Below are positions 41,709 through 55,441 of a stretch of 64,000 nt of DNA, piece by piece. The first letter of the stretch is position 1. Each line of letters starts with the position of its first letter. The DNA is taken from positions 96,844,001 to 96,908,000 of the forward strand of contig OX597819.1 of the NCBI GenBank assembly GCA_951406725.2, read 5' to 3'. The notes beneath the pieces are model-generated. The model was not told where the DNA came from. It ran no database searches and worked only from the letters and a program-made list of their open reading frames with translations. The position numbers and the translations under genes are program-made. Source of the DNA: Octopus vulgaris. Its lineage: Eukaryota.

Positions 41709-42341
41709 TACGAACAATAATACCAGCATGCAGACTTTCAAATATTCAAAAGAGTCGAATTTACACAGTTTCTATCGATGGAGACGAGAAAATATTTCCT
41801 AGACATAGTAAATGGTCGTTGGAAGTGAGCAACATGATCAAGTGTACCCTTGTGACTAATACTTCCTCGACAGAACCGCTGACCGACTTTTGACGGTCGA
41901 TGCAGAGTTAAAGGTGAGTTACAACTTGCTTGTAGTTGACTCTGTTCTTGTTCACTAACGCTTATATGGTGATATTCAGTGAAGCGAATGAACAACCAAT
42001 AACTATTGATTACTAACAAAATAGGCTTCATTGCTTTTGGATTAATGTTGTCTTTCGTATCGATCACAGTGATAATTGTATTTTACCAATATTACAATAC
42101 ACATCCACTCCTCCTCTCTTTCATCTTTCCCCTATTTTTATTGTTCTATTGCTTTCTTTTGTTTCTCTAGCTTGGCTTTCTTTCTGAATAATTTATACAA
42201 CAGTCCGCTCTTAATGAAACTTCTTTAGCTTTGTGCTCTTTCATATATATACATTCATACATACGTACAGACGTACGTGTATAGACAGACACGTACATAA
42301 ACATATACGTATATATAAATATATACCTATATACATACATA

Positions 42342-42412
<71 letters not shown>

Positions 42413-42998
42413 TATTATAAAAGGCATCTCTTATTATAAAAGGCAGATTTTATCTGCCTCCCTTTGGGAGTTATAGAAATCTACAATATAGGATTTCTTC
42501 AATTACAATTTACCTAGCATTTTTGAGAGTACAATGCATCGCGTCATGCCAGGTCCAGTTTTTAAAATTTAAACTCCAATTAAGCAAAATTTACAGAAAA
42601 CTCACATTCTGGTGTGTGTGTCAAATGCTTTTCTTAGTCTGGTTTACACCACACGCAAACGCACACACACAGTGGGCAACGAATAAAATGAAAGTAAATA
42701 GCAACAGAGTGATTTGAGGAAGACTAAAGTGAAAGTATTCTGTCTATGACGCTGATAGATACATGAGTAAAATGTATGGGAAGCTAAGAGCTAAGAGTGA
42801 GTGAAAATGTTCTTGGAAGAGAGTAATTAGTAATAAAGTAAACATACATACATACATACATACATACATACATACATACATACATACATACATACATACA
42901 TACACACACACATACACACACACATACATACACACACACATACATACACACATACATACATACATACACATACATACATACATACATACATACATACA

Positions 42999-43034
<36 letters not shown>

Positions 43035-43219
43035 GAAGCTTGAGAACAATCAGATACATTTGCAACACATCTGTTGAAAATATTATTGTTCACACACATA
43101 CATATACATATATACATACAGACAGACAGACAGATAGACACACACACACACACACACACACACATGATCCAGCATGGCCACAACCTCAAGGCTGAAACAT
43201 ATAAAAGAATAACAGAATA

Positions 43220-43575
43220 TAAATGTGTGCAAAGTACAAGAAATATTAATGCAGTATATGGGGATTGGACAATAAGCGTAAGGCAGTGTCAATGGTGGTT
43301 CCAGAAATCCCGAGCCATAAACTACAGCCTAGAAGACGAGCCTCATCCTGAAAGATCTGTAGAACTCGACAAGGACATCCTGAAAACCCTGGTGGAACAA
43401 AATATCATCGTAACTGTTGAGGAACTAGCAGAGAAGCTTGGATTTGGTCATTCAACCATTCATTGACACCTGTGTGCTATCGGAAAAGTCAGCAAATTGG
43501 GTCAATGGGTTCCTCACGAACTTTCCGAGTCTAATTGCATGCAGAGAGTGAATGTATGCTTTTCTTTGCTGTCAT
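43220..43575 (+). pseudogene. Mariner (Mos1/Hsmar-like) transposase N-terminal HTH fragment
   Basis: STRNINAVYG..ISVRQCQWWFQK...SLEDEP...TVEELAEKLGFGHSTIH*HLCAIGKVSKLGQWVPHEL; WVPHEL is in frame at 43506; internal stop at 43464-43466. Confidence 0.9.
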
Positions 43576-43603
43576 ATCTCTCACCACTACTGCGCTATGT
43601 ATA

Positions 43604-44240
43604 TCTATATATATAAAACTGTAGTTGTGTGAGTGTCTGTCCCCTTCGATTTAGATTCCTAACTACTCCCACATTTTGCAGTACAGTTTAACCAAATTCG
43701 GGTAGCTTATAGTCGTGATTCATATCGAGCCCGTCTGAATATTAGCGCGCGTCTACGATGAGTCTACGATTTTAAAAATAATTTAACATCATTTTTTATT
43801 CCATTTTAATGCATAATTTTTCGTGTGTCGATGGCGGCGGAGTTGGCGTCCACGCTCACACCTGCACCTGTGGGGAAGGGAGTGTAAGGAAATCAACGTC
43901 GTAATGCGTTGTCAAGGAGACCAGTGTTCTTTTAGAACAACGACTTCATGGCTTGAAGACACCAAAACAGAAATGGCTAAGAAAGCGTCTACATGAGTCT
44001 ACGATTTAAAAAAAAATTTACCATCGTTTTTTTTTCCATTTTAATGCATTTTTTCGCTATTATATAAGGGAAGTAACTCTCTAAAAATGTCTACGATGAG
44101 TCAACGATTTAAAAAAAAATTTACCATCATGTTTTTTCCATTTTTAATGCATTTTTTGCTATTTTTTGGCTATAACTCTCTAAAAATGCTTATATAGTTA
44201 TTTCCCGTACAAACCCGAGCAACGCCGGGCGATACTGCTA

Positions 44241-44241
<1 letters not shown>
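43604..44241 (+). mobile_element. Non-autonomous Helitron
   Basis: 5' TCTATATATATAAAA preceded by A; 3' hairpin CCCGAGCAACGCCGGG then CTAG (44238-44241) followed by T; three internal ~60-bp repeats GTCTACGATGAGTC..CGATTTAAAAA...CCATTTTAATGCAT. Confidence 0.85.
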
Positions 44242-44278
<37 letters not shown>

Positions 44279-44290
44279 ATACGTTGAAAC

Positions 44291-44332
<42 letters not shown>

Positions 44333-44392
44333 GACACACATATATGCATCTATGTATATATATGTATGTGTGTATATCTATCTATCTATCTA

Positions 44393-44426
<34 letters not shown>

Positions 44427-44447
44427 CATACACACACACACACACAC

Positions 44448-44479
<32 letters not shown>

Positions 44480-44556
44480 GATGTTTTTGTTTATGTGGAT
44501 TAGCATTATTGGATTGTTGGTATGGCTATGGAATTTTATTATAACACATCCTTTTG

Positions 44557-44592
<36 letters not shown>

Positions 44593-44714
44593 TATATATA
44601 CATTGTATATAAAAAGAACGACAAAGAGAGAGAGTGGGGAGATAGAGAAAAGAGGGGCATCAAAATAAAAGAACAAACTGTAATAAAACGACGACAGCTT
44701 TCTGTTATCTACTC

Positions 44715-44852
<138 letters not shown>

Positions 44853-45891
44853 GTAATTGCAAATATGCACACACATATACACACAAACGATATACGAATT
44901 AATGACTATAGAAACACGCAACTCTGAAAAACACGCAAAATAATGCCTTCTCATACAAAATCCCCTTTAAAAGCAGAGTTAAACTGTTTGTTCTCAGGAA
45001 TTTCTAAAATATTTCTGCTTTATTTTATACAATTAAGTGCTATCTTCTGTATTTGGCGAGGAAAATGGGAAAATGATGTTTTAGGTGATGTCTGCTAAAT
45101 ATTCACATACATAATAATGGCTGTTGACTCATAGACGAATATGGCCATCGCTGACAAATTATCTTATTCTAGATGCTAAAGACAAAGACAATCAGCAATA
45201 TCCTTGCTGAAGTTTAAAGACAATAACATCTTGCACAATACCGCTAAGGTTGTCACTTAGAAAGCCAAGTAGTTCAGAAATAAGCAAGAGTGAGATCGCC
45301 AGTTTTTGCAATGAAGTCGGTGTTATTTCGGAAATTCCTTCTCCGAAACATTTGCTTCAACGAAAGCTTGGTGATGACTCTCCTTCTGGATTAACGCATA
45401 CCAGGACGTTACATACGGTATTTCTATGTCTTCACTTCGAAGTGAACATAGGAAAAAGAAAAACCAAGTTACTTCGTTGGATGCAAACGAAGTCACAAAT
45501 GTTATACTATTAGTTTTCTTTCTCTAGAGCAGTGCTTCTCAACCGGGTCCATATGGCCTTTGGTGGTGGTGATGGGGGCGGGGTTCCAGATAAGATTTTG
45601 TTGATAAAATTTATCGGTAATAAATATTCAAAATAGAAGAAAATGCTCATCTCCAAACGCTAAAGAATACTTTGTAAGAATTCTAGATCTAAAACTAAAC
45701 TGAAAATAGTCAGTACCACTACTTAAAAACGGCTTCATCTATGCAGATTGCACCATAACATGTGTGTTTGAAAAGGTGTAAACAGCAAAAGCACTTGCAT
45801 ATTACGAAAATTTCTTTTCAAAAGATTAGTGCCGGTGTTTTTGCATGTAACTCCATCTTTTTTCATTTAAGAAATTTTTTTGCAAATTTAC

Positions 45892-45923
<32 letters not shown>

Positions 45924-45946
45924 GTTCACACGCAAACACACACACT

Positions 45947-46225
<279 letters not shown>

Positions 46226-46230
<5 letters not shown>

Positions 46231-46948
46231 GCAACATGTGGACACCCTGGACATCATCCTGGGAGGTGACGGCAGCAGGGAGGGCCAAAAGGATGAGGAA
46301 AGCATCCAGAGCCAAATGGAGAAGCCTGGAACACAGGGAAACGATGACACATGTCCAGCTTCCAACACCACAACTGAAGACCAAAGAGGTGCGATGGCCG
46401 CAAGAAAGGAAAGGCACCCTGGAATTGATGGGAAGCAGGAGGTAAAGGGTGACAGAATCAAGGCTAAAGGAAGCCCTGTCCAGAGAAAGCAGAGGGACCC
46501 CAGCAAAAACTGTAAGGGCAGGGAAAGAAACACCTGCAAATTCTACCTGAGGGGGGACTGCTGGTACGGCGTTGAAGGTGCAAACTGTCGCTTTGCACAT
46601 CGGAGGCCCTACCAAAACCGCACGGACGCGAGACAGAGGTCCCTCCCTCAGGGAGAACAAAAACAAAAAGTTAAAAGAAGGGAAAAAAGCGCACTGACCA
46701 CTACTGAAAGACGGTATGCAGATGTGGTGCGCGGAAACCCAACAGGTGGCCAGCTTCACCCAGATGTGAGAAGGGCGGCAGCTGAACAGCAGTCTTTTTT
46801 GTGCATGGCACAAAAAATTGTTCAGCAGCTGACCTGGCTACAAGCACAAAGCTGGAACTACCACCACATAAGGCCACCTCCAACAGATGCAGGATGGCCA
46901 CCACAGACACCAACACCAACACACACACCACAAAAATATTTCTACTGA
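46226..46948 (+). CDS. LINE ORF1, C-terminal part, with a CCCH zinc finger
   Basis: Stop-free 240 aa; [22 protein letters not shown] (C-x7-C-x8-C-x3-H, 46535-46600); the ATG is formed at the microsatellite junction, so the true start is probably lost. Confidence 0.75.
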
Positions 46949-49900
46949 ATGTAGGAGGGCTGCTGCGCGGAAACTGTAAAAAGAAAATTTCATTCCTGAG
47001 AGACCTTGTGACATGCAATCAAGCTATATGCATGGCACTCACAGAAACGCATCTTGAACCCGATATAGGTGATGCAGAAATACACATGCCGCAATATGCA
47101 GTCATACGCACAGATAGAAAAGGGAGGAGCCATGGTGGAGTTGCAATGTACATCCGAGATGACCTCACGCCCCAGGTCCTGCTGTCATATTCAAACTCAG
47201 TATGTGAAACTCAAATTGTACACATAAGACAACTGAATATCGTCATATGCACTACATATCGCCCACCAGACGCCCCAAAACACTCAGGCATGTTTGAAGA
47301 CTGCCTAACAAAAATAGGAGAAGTCCTCACCAACCTTGAACAGCACAACAGTGTATTCTTCATGGGTGACTTTAACCTCCCCAATGTGGAATGGCCTGGG
47401 GGGCAGATGCTCCCAGGGATGACACACCATCAGCAGGCACAGGTGGAGTCCCTGCTCCATCTCACAAATACCTCTTTCATGGAGCAAATAGTTCTGCAAC
47501 CAACAAGGGCAGATAATATACTGGATCTCTGCTTTACAAACAATATGGATATTATCCATAATGTTAATGTGATGCCGACAATGATCTCGGATCACAACAT
47601 AATAGAGCTGTCTATGTATGGAACAAAAGCCCCCGCAGACACACAGCCTATACGAAGCACCCACCATCTCTCCAACTTAAACTTTCATAAAGCCAACTGG
47701 AAGTCGATTGAGAAAGAGATCCTCAAACAGGATTGGCCTGAATGTCTCTCCACACCGGACATAAACATGAAACACAAACACTTCATGTCCATAATACAAG
47801 CCATATGTGACAAATATGTCCCAATGTGCAGGGCCAGCACACACAAGAATAAAAACAGGATCCCTAGAGAAAGGAGGATTCTTATGAGACGACGGACAAG
47901 GATTGCAAACCGCCTGAGCAAGCACACCAAAAGTGGTGAGAAGTCTCGGCTCGAAAGAATGCTAATGGAAACTGAGAAAAGTCTACATCAGTCCCATGAA
48001 AAGGAGAGAGCAGATAAAGAAGCTTGGGTAATAGAAAATATAAAATCAAACCCTAAAGCTTTCTTTAAGTTTGCCAAAGAGACAGCCACAGTGCACCAGA
48101 GAATAGGACCTCTCTTCCAAAAAGATGGCTCTCTCACAGGAAATCCCACGAGGATAAGTGAAATACTGAACGAACAGTTCCAAAGTGTGTTCACTACACC
48201 TCTAGGACACAGGCAAGTAAACAACCCAGAAGAATTCTTTGCCATTTTACCTGCGGCCAAAGAGACAAAAATTGAGTACATCAACATCGAAGATGATGAT
48301 ATCACACTAGCCATTGATGAGATTGACACAAACTCAGCTGCTGGACCTGATGGATTCCCAGCGATCCTTCTCAAATCGTGCAAACGAGCCCTTGCAAAAC
48401 CGCTACAGCTTCTTTTTCAGAGCTTTCTTGCAAGTGGTAAGCTCCCAGTCAAACTGAAAGAGGGGGTAATATGCCCTATCCATAAGGGAGGTAGCAGAGC
48501 AGATGCTAAAAATTATAGGCCTATCTCTCTGACCTCACACATCAGCAAAGTCATGGAACGAATAGTCCGTAAGAAACTAATCATGTTCCTTGAAGAAAAT
48601 GACTTACTGTCTGACACCCAGCATGGATTTCGACCAGGTAGAGGCTGCCTAACACAGCTCCTGCAACACTATGACTGGGTGTTGAAACAGCTACTAAATG
48701 GCTCAAATGTGGATGTAATATATCTTGACTTTGCAAAAGCCTTTGATAAAGTCGACCATGGTATGATCTGTCACAAACTGCGTGGTCTCGGCATAGGCGG
48801 GAAACTTGGAGAGTGGCTGCACAACTTCCTAAAAGACAGAAAACAGGCAGTTGTGAGCAATGGAGCCACCTCCAGGGAAACGCAAATAACAAGCGGTGTC
48901 CCACAGGGCACTGTCTTGGGGCCACTGATGTTCATAGTGGCCCTTTCAGACATGCCTTCAGTTGCTACGATGACCACCCTTGCTAGCTATGCAGATGACA
49001 CAAAAGTCTCCCACGCAATACAAAACCCTGAAAATATTGCGCATCTGCAACATGAGCTGGACACAATATACAGGTGGGCTGAGGACAACAACATGCAGTT
49101 TAATGCAGGTAAGTTCCAGGCCCTGCGCTACTGGCACACAAAGGTAAATGACGTGAAGACTGGATACACTGGCCCAGGAAGAATTGCAATCCCTGAGTCA
49201 AAATCAGTGCGTGACCTGGGCATTGACATGAGCAATGATGCATCTTTCCAAATGCATATTGCTAATCTGGTGATAAAATGCAGACGGCTAGCTGGATGGA
49301 TTCTCCGAACTTTCAGAACAAGAGAGAAGGAGACACTGATGGTCCTATGGAAAACATTTGTCCTCAGCCGCTTGGACTACTGCTCCCAACTTTGGTCACC
49401 ACACAATATAAAACAAACAGCAGAACTCGAAGCAACTCAGAGAAGCTACACAAAGAAAATCGTCTCAATGCAAAATGTCAGCTACTGGGAAAGACTGAAG
49501 GTATTAAACCTCTTCTCCCTGGAGCGGAGGCGGGAGAGATATGCAGTGATATACATCTGGAAAATCCTGGAGGGTCTTGTCCCAAACTTTGGCATTCAAA
49601 GGTACTCCAACCGCAGAACGGGCGCCGCTGCGTGGTGCCAAGGATTCCAACATCACCATCAAAATACAGGTCCAGATACTGCAACAGCTTGGGTTTCAGA
49701 GGACCACAGCTCTTTAACATCCTCCCTAAATGCCTGAGAGACTTACATGGTGTGGATGTGGGTTTCTTTAAAACTAAACTGGATCTCTTCTTGTTGGGAG
49801 TCCCAGATGAACCTACCTCACGACAGGAGACACGGATGCGGGCAGCAGCATCGAACTCCCTTGTTGATCAAGTGCCACGTATCAGAGGTGGATTCACAAA

Positions 49901-49971
49901 CTAGTGTAGCTCATTCAGCGGTGGTGCCCCAGCATGGCCGCGGCCTTGGGGCTAAAACATTTTTAAGGATT
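46228..49971 (+). mobile_element. CR1/L2-group (APE-RT) LINE retrotransposon, probably 5'-truncated, inside (TA)n
   Basis: Two overlapping ORFs, a short structured 3' UTR, and both ends directly abutting (TA)n. The exact clade cannot be determined by eye. Confidence 0.93.
46894..49904 (+). CDS. LINE ORF2 (APE endonuclease + reverse transcriptase) with one frameshift at ~49620-49622
   Basis: APE: [40 protein letters not shown]: [33 protein letters not shown] (48988-48999). The natural-looking C-terminus ([22 protein letters not shown]) is in the 49278-49904 frame. Confidence 0.93.
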
Positions 49972-50366
<395 letters not shown>

Positions 50367-50372
50367 GCTCAA

Positions 50373-50502
50373 AACAGTTTGATTCAAATTCCTTGGTACT
50401 CTGAGTTTCAAGCTTGATGTTAATCTTCAGCCATAGCCCATCGCCGAAGATTTAGCATCACGCTTCAAACTTCGAGTACCAAGGAGTTTGAATCAAACTG
50501 TT
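50373..50502. mobile_element. 130-bp hairpin (MITE-like palindrome)
   Basis: AACAGTTTGATTCAAATTCCTTGGTACTC... pairs with ...GAGTACCAAGGAGTTTGAATCAAACTGTT. Confidence 0.8.
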
Positions 50503-50629
50503 CTGATCAACACATGTAACTCCAAATAAAAATGTCGAATGCCCTTCTTTCGTTTGTCTACTCACTCGTATATGTATATATATATTCCAAATAAGAAGAC
50601 AATGATAGAATTTAACATATTTATTTAAT

Positions 50630-51014
50630 AGTTAAAGTTGTTTCTGTACCACTCTGTTTTAACGCTAATTCAATGTGAAAAGTCTGCGGTTTTAAACACG
50701 AGCGCCACTTCGCCAGACTTGCATCAAAAGGTGCGCTCTTATACTGTGCATCTGAAAAGCGTTGTATTTTGCTCATATCGGGGTTAAACAGGAAATATAA
50801 ATAAAGATAATATAAATAAAGATAAAAATGAACTGGTGAAATAACAATACCAAACAAATAAAGGTGAGGACGAGCAATGTAACATTGCGTCTACTAATAC
50901 AAGTCTGATAAAGTGCCACTCTAGTGTTTTAAACGCTATTATGAAGTCAAATTTTATTTTGAACATTTGCGTGCAATGGCATTAAAGCAGGGTGGTACAG
51001 AAACAATTGTAACT
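50630..51014. mobile_element. MITE-like element with ~36-bp imperfect TIRs
   Basis: AGTTAAAGTTGTTTCTGTACCACTCTGTTTTAACGC versus the reverse complement of the right end, AGTTACAATTGTTTCTGTACCACCCTGCTTTAATGC. Confidence 0.65.
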
Positions 51015-51514
51015 GGTCATTAAAGACGTGCCAAACTCTTTGTTTGTTTACTTACTTGGATTATATTTCACACATCGCTAGACCCGCACATTGGTTTTTT
51101 ACCAATTTGACACCTGGATTTTCTACACCCAAAGAATTTTGATTTTACTTAGGACTACAATTCAAGAGTGGAGGTAGCCCAAGGTTCAAGGTGGTAGGGC
51201 GGTAGGGTGATAGGATTAGCGCTGCATTGAAAATACTCCATTTTTCTATCCTTCCAGAATCTCAGTATATAAATGTCTGCTACTGTTATCAGTTACCGGT
51301 GCGTATATAGTATGTATATAAGCATATGTACACAAAGTCCCACAAACTCACACGCACTCAAATAGTAACGTGCTGAACATTCACCGCATCTCTTTCACCA
51401 GTGTGGAAGGACCTGTAAAGTTAATCGGCTCCGTCCCTCCCTTTCTGACTAATTCATAATTACAGTTACCCATCTAGACATGTATGTTTAGTCAAGAATA
51501 TATATATATATTTA

Positions 51515-51545
51515 CTAGCAATGCATCCCGGCGTTGCCCGGGTGT
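51515..51545 (-). mobile_element. Helitron 3' terminus
   Basis: Minus strand CCCGGGCAACGCCGGG-ATGCATTG-CTAG|T; nearly the same hairpin as 44214-44241. Confidence 0.7.
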
Positions 51546-52001
51546 TATGACGTACAACTACATTGTATTATTTGTTCTTTTCTTATGGGCGGCAGAGCAG
51601 AATCGGCACACGAGGAGTATGAAGAAAACAACTCTTCTTCATAAACATGTTTTTCGATCATTTTCTGATGAACAACGCTGCAGCTTCTGCGTACCAAATT
51701 CAGTCACAAGTCAGTGGTTGGCCTATGGCTATAGTAGAAAGCACTTGCTCAAGGTACCATGCAGAGGAATCATGTGGTTGGGAAGAAAACTTCTCAACCA
51801 CACAGTCATTCTTGCACCTAATGTGTGTGTGTGTATCTGTTTACATTTGTAGTAAAAAAAAGAGTTGTACAAAAGACATACTTTATTTGGTAAGCGAAAG
51901 ATTACTGAAGCTTTTGATACCACATACGTGAAAATCGACAACTCAGTTTTCAAATCCATACGCGCGCACACACAGACACACACACACAAACTCTGTTTTA
52001 T

Positions 52002-52040
<39 letters not shown>

Positions 52041-52101
52041 TACATACATACATACATACATACATACATACATACATACATAGACAGACAGACAGACAGA
52101 C

Positions 52102-52175
<74 letters not shown>

Positions 52176-52581
52176 ATAAACTACCGTTTCATAAACATCT
52201 AATTACACACTTTCACTGGCGTATACACATTCGCCCACATATACTCAGTTTCGCAGTTACACACACACACACACATATATACACACACACGCACATATAC
52301 ACGCACGCACACACATATATACACCAAAAACATGCTTTCTTCATTAAATATAGTCACACGTCTACACAGTTACGGCACTTTCATATGTACACTCATGCAT
52401 ACACACACACCATGCACGTACACACACACATTCACATACACCATGCACGTACACACACGCATACACATATACCATACACGTACATACACACATACACATA
52501 TTTAATTGCATTTGAACAGTGAATCGGCTGTGAGGAAACGAAATTTGAATGAGCCATTGTCACAACTGTGCGTGCGTGTAT

Positions 52582-52652
<71 letters not shown>

Positions 52653-54944
52653 TTTGTGCGTGTGTGCATACATATGTGTGTATGTCAGTATATGTGTGTT
52701 AGTGTATTATTTTGTCTGTGGAGAGAGGCCAGACAGAGCTAGAGGGAATGTGTGTGTGGAAACTATCAGTGTGCGTGTATGTGTACGAATGTATGTGTAT
52801 GTGTATGTTTCTGTATGTGCATGTATGTGTGCATTCTCTATGTATGTGTGTGCTAGTATCTACATAGGTGTCTATATGTATGTTTTTCTATGTATGTGTG
52901 TACAGAATGCGTGTAGGATGTGTCTACGTATCTATGTGCATGTCTATGTTTGTATGCGTATATGTGTGTATATCTGTATGTGTCTGTGTATGTATCTCTG
53001 TGTCTGTGTATGTCACTCTGTGTATGAATATGTGCATGTATGTAATTGTGTGATTTATGCTATTTAGCAGTTATAGATATTTGGTTACCGACGATAAGAT
53101 CCTATATTGTGTTCTCACTGTGAAATTGTCTCCAACAGCCGTGCAAGTAGCCGTACCAGTATTCGTGCCAATTAGCCGTGCCAACAGCAGATATTTTACA
53201 CAGATTACCTTCCACTATATCAATTCATTAGCTCGATCGTAGCAAATGAATTACGTAGTTTCTGTTTTGGCTATTTGCCCGGTTAATGGAGCATCATATC
53301 ACGCTTTTACGGTTTCACGGTTTACATGATGGACACGGCGCTTAATGGAAATGATTGATGTCAAGTACGGTCAATAAACGATGTTCTTTTTAGTGGCTTC
53401 AGTGGAGTTTGTTTCGTATTCTTTAACTTCAACAAGAATATGAGAAATATTTCTTAATGTAGTTGGTTAATTATGGCAGCGATGGGGAATTAATCATTAG
53501 AGCGACAGCTTATTAAATTCCTTGCGTTATTTAATTAAGTCTCTTTACATATACATTACAAAATATTCTCTCGAGACTAACCCTGCTTTTGGAAGTGGTT
53601 CTCTGGACGGGTGGGGATATGAAAATTCTTATGAGAGATCTTATGCCATTTCCATCTGTCGGATTATTATGGAAATCTGGGGTTCTTGTGGTGGTCCTTT
53701 AGGACTTTCTATTACTGAAATTGCTTATATGTGGTTGATATTGGTTTACATTTTTTATTTTTATTTCATTTTATTTTATTTTTTGTCAAATGCTGTGGTC
53801 AGTTCATCTCAGTGTACTTTCTCCACATGTGTAGCATTTTGCGGATGTTAGAAAAAATAATAATAGCTGTCTGGTTAGAGGTTTTCCTTTTGCCTTTCGC
53901 AACCACGAAATTCTGGATTAGAGCAGCACTTTGGATCAGTGCCTTCTAGTATTGGAGGAATATGGTAGATAAAAACTCTTCAAAATCCCGCTGCATATAA
54001 TATATTTCAGGTGTGTGTATATGGATGTAAGAGAGAGGGGTGGAAGAAAGAGGGCAAGAGAATGCAAGAGCAAGTGATGTGTGAATGATGTGTGTGTGTG
54101 TGTTAAAGATGGTTATAATTTCAAAGTCTATCTTCTTCTGATACACCAACGCCCTTTTCAACGTCACCTATAATAATGCTTACTTCTATACAGCTTATAC
54201 CATTTTTCATCCCTTCTCAATCCACCACACAGAAACGCTATCGTATTATAATCTAGACAACAATCTAGATTTCTCACATCAAATTTACACTGTTCCATAT
54301 AAATAAATCTCAAAAACATTCTCTACGACAGCCATGGCAGTATAATCTCCTTCAACATCAAAAAGACACTATGACTACACCCTAATCTTGGACAACACGA
54401 AACGAGAACCCTCGCAATCTCTGATGATCGTTGTTATTACATTAATAATGTAACAGAAGCTTTGTCCCAAAACTTATGGAGGGATATTAGTGTTATAACG
54501 AGGTGCGAAACTGCTACCCTTGATATTGTATATCACGAATAGATTATAATATTTATAAAAAAACGATACTGATATGTTAATTTTGGTACATGCTGTTTGT
54601 GGATTTGCATAGGATTGAGTATATGTATCTAAAGGTGGTTATCATTTCCAGCTATAGCTTTGTTATGGAGCAAGATTTCTAGATAATTGATTTAGTGTTG
54701 AAGTAGTTGTGGAGTCAATGTTTTGAAAATGGTAGGTGGATATGACTATGATGAAAGGTTGTTTACAGTAATTTGGGTGAAGCGTTGTGTGATATCAAAT
54801 AAGATTTTAAAAAAGTCTTGTTAAGGTCGAAACAATGCAAAAGGAAATACAAAAGTGAAAACAGAACAGTTGTATTTCTTCCAAATTTCAGGATTAGGAC
54901 AGCTTCACCAGGATATGTGGTAAAATGGGAGATGGAACTAATCT

Positions 54945-55441
<497 letters not shown>

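Noticed and set aside
47305-49720. Antisense ORFs within the LINE
   Set aside because: Shadows of the sense ORF2; no recognisable motifs.
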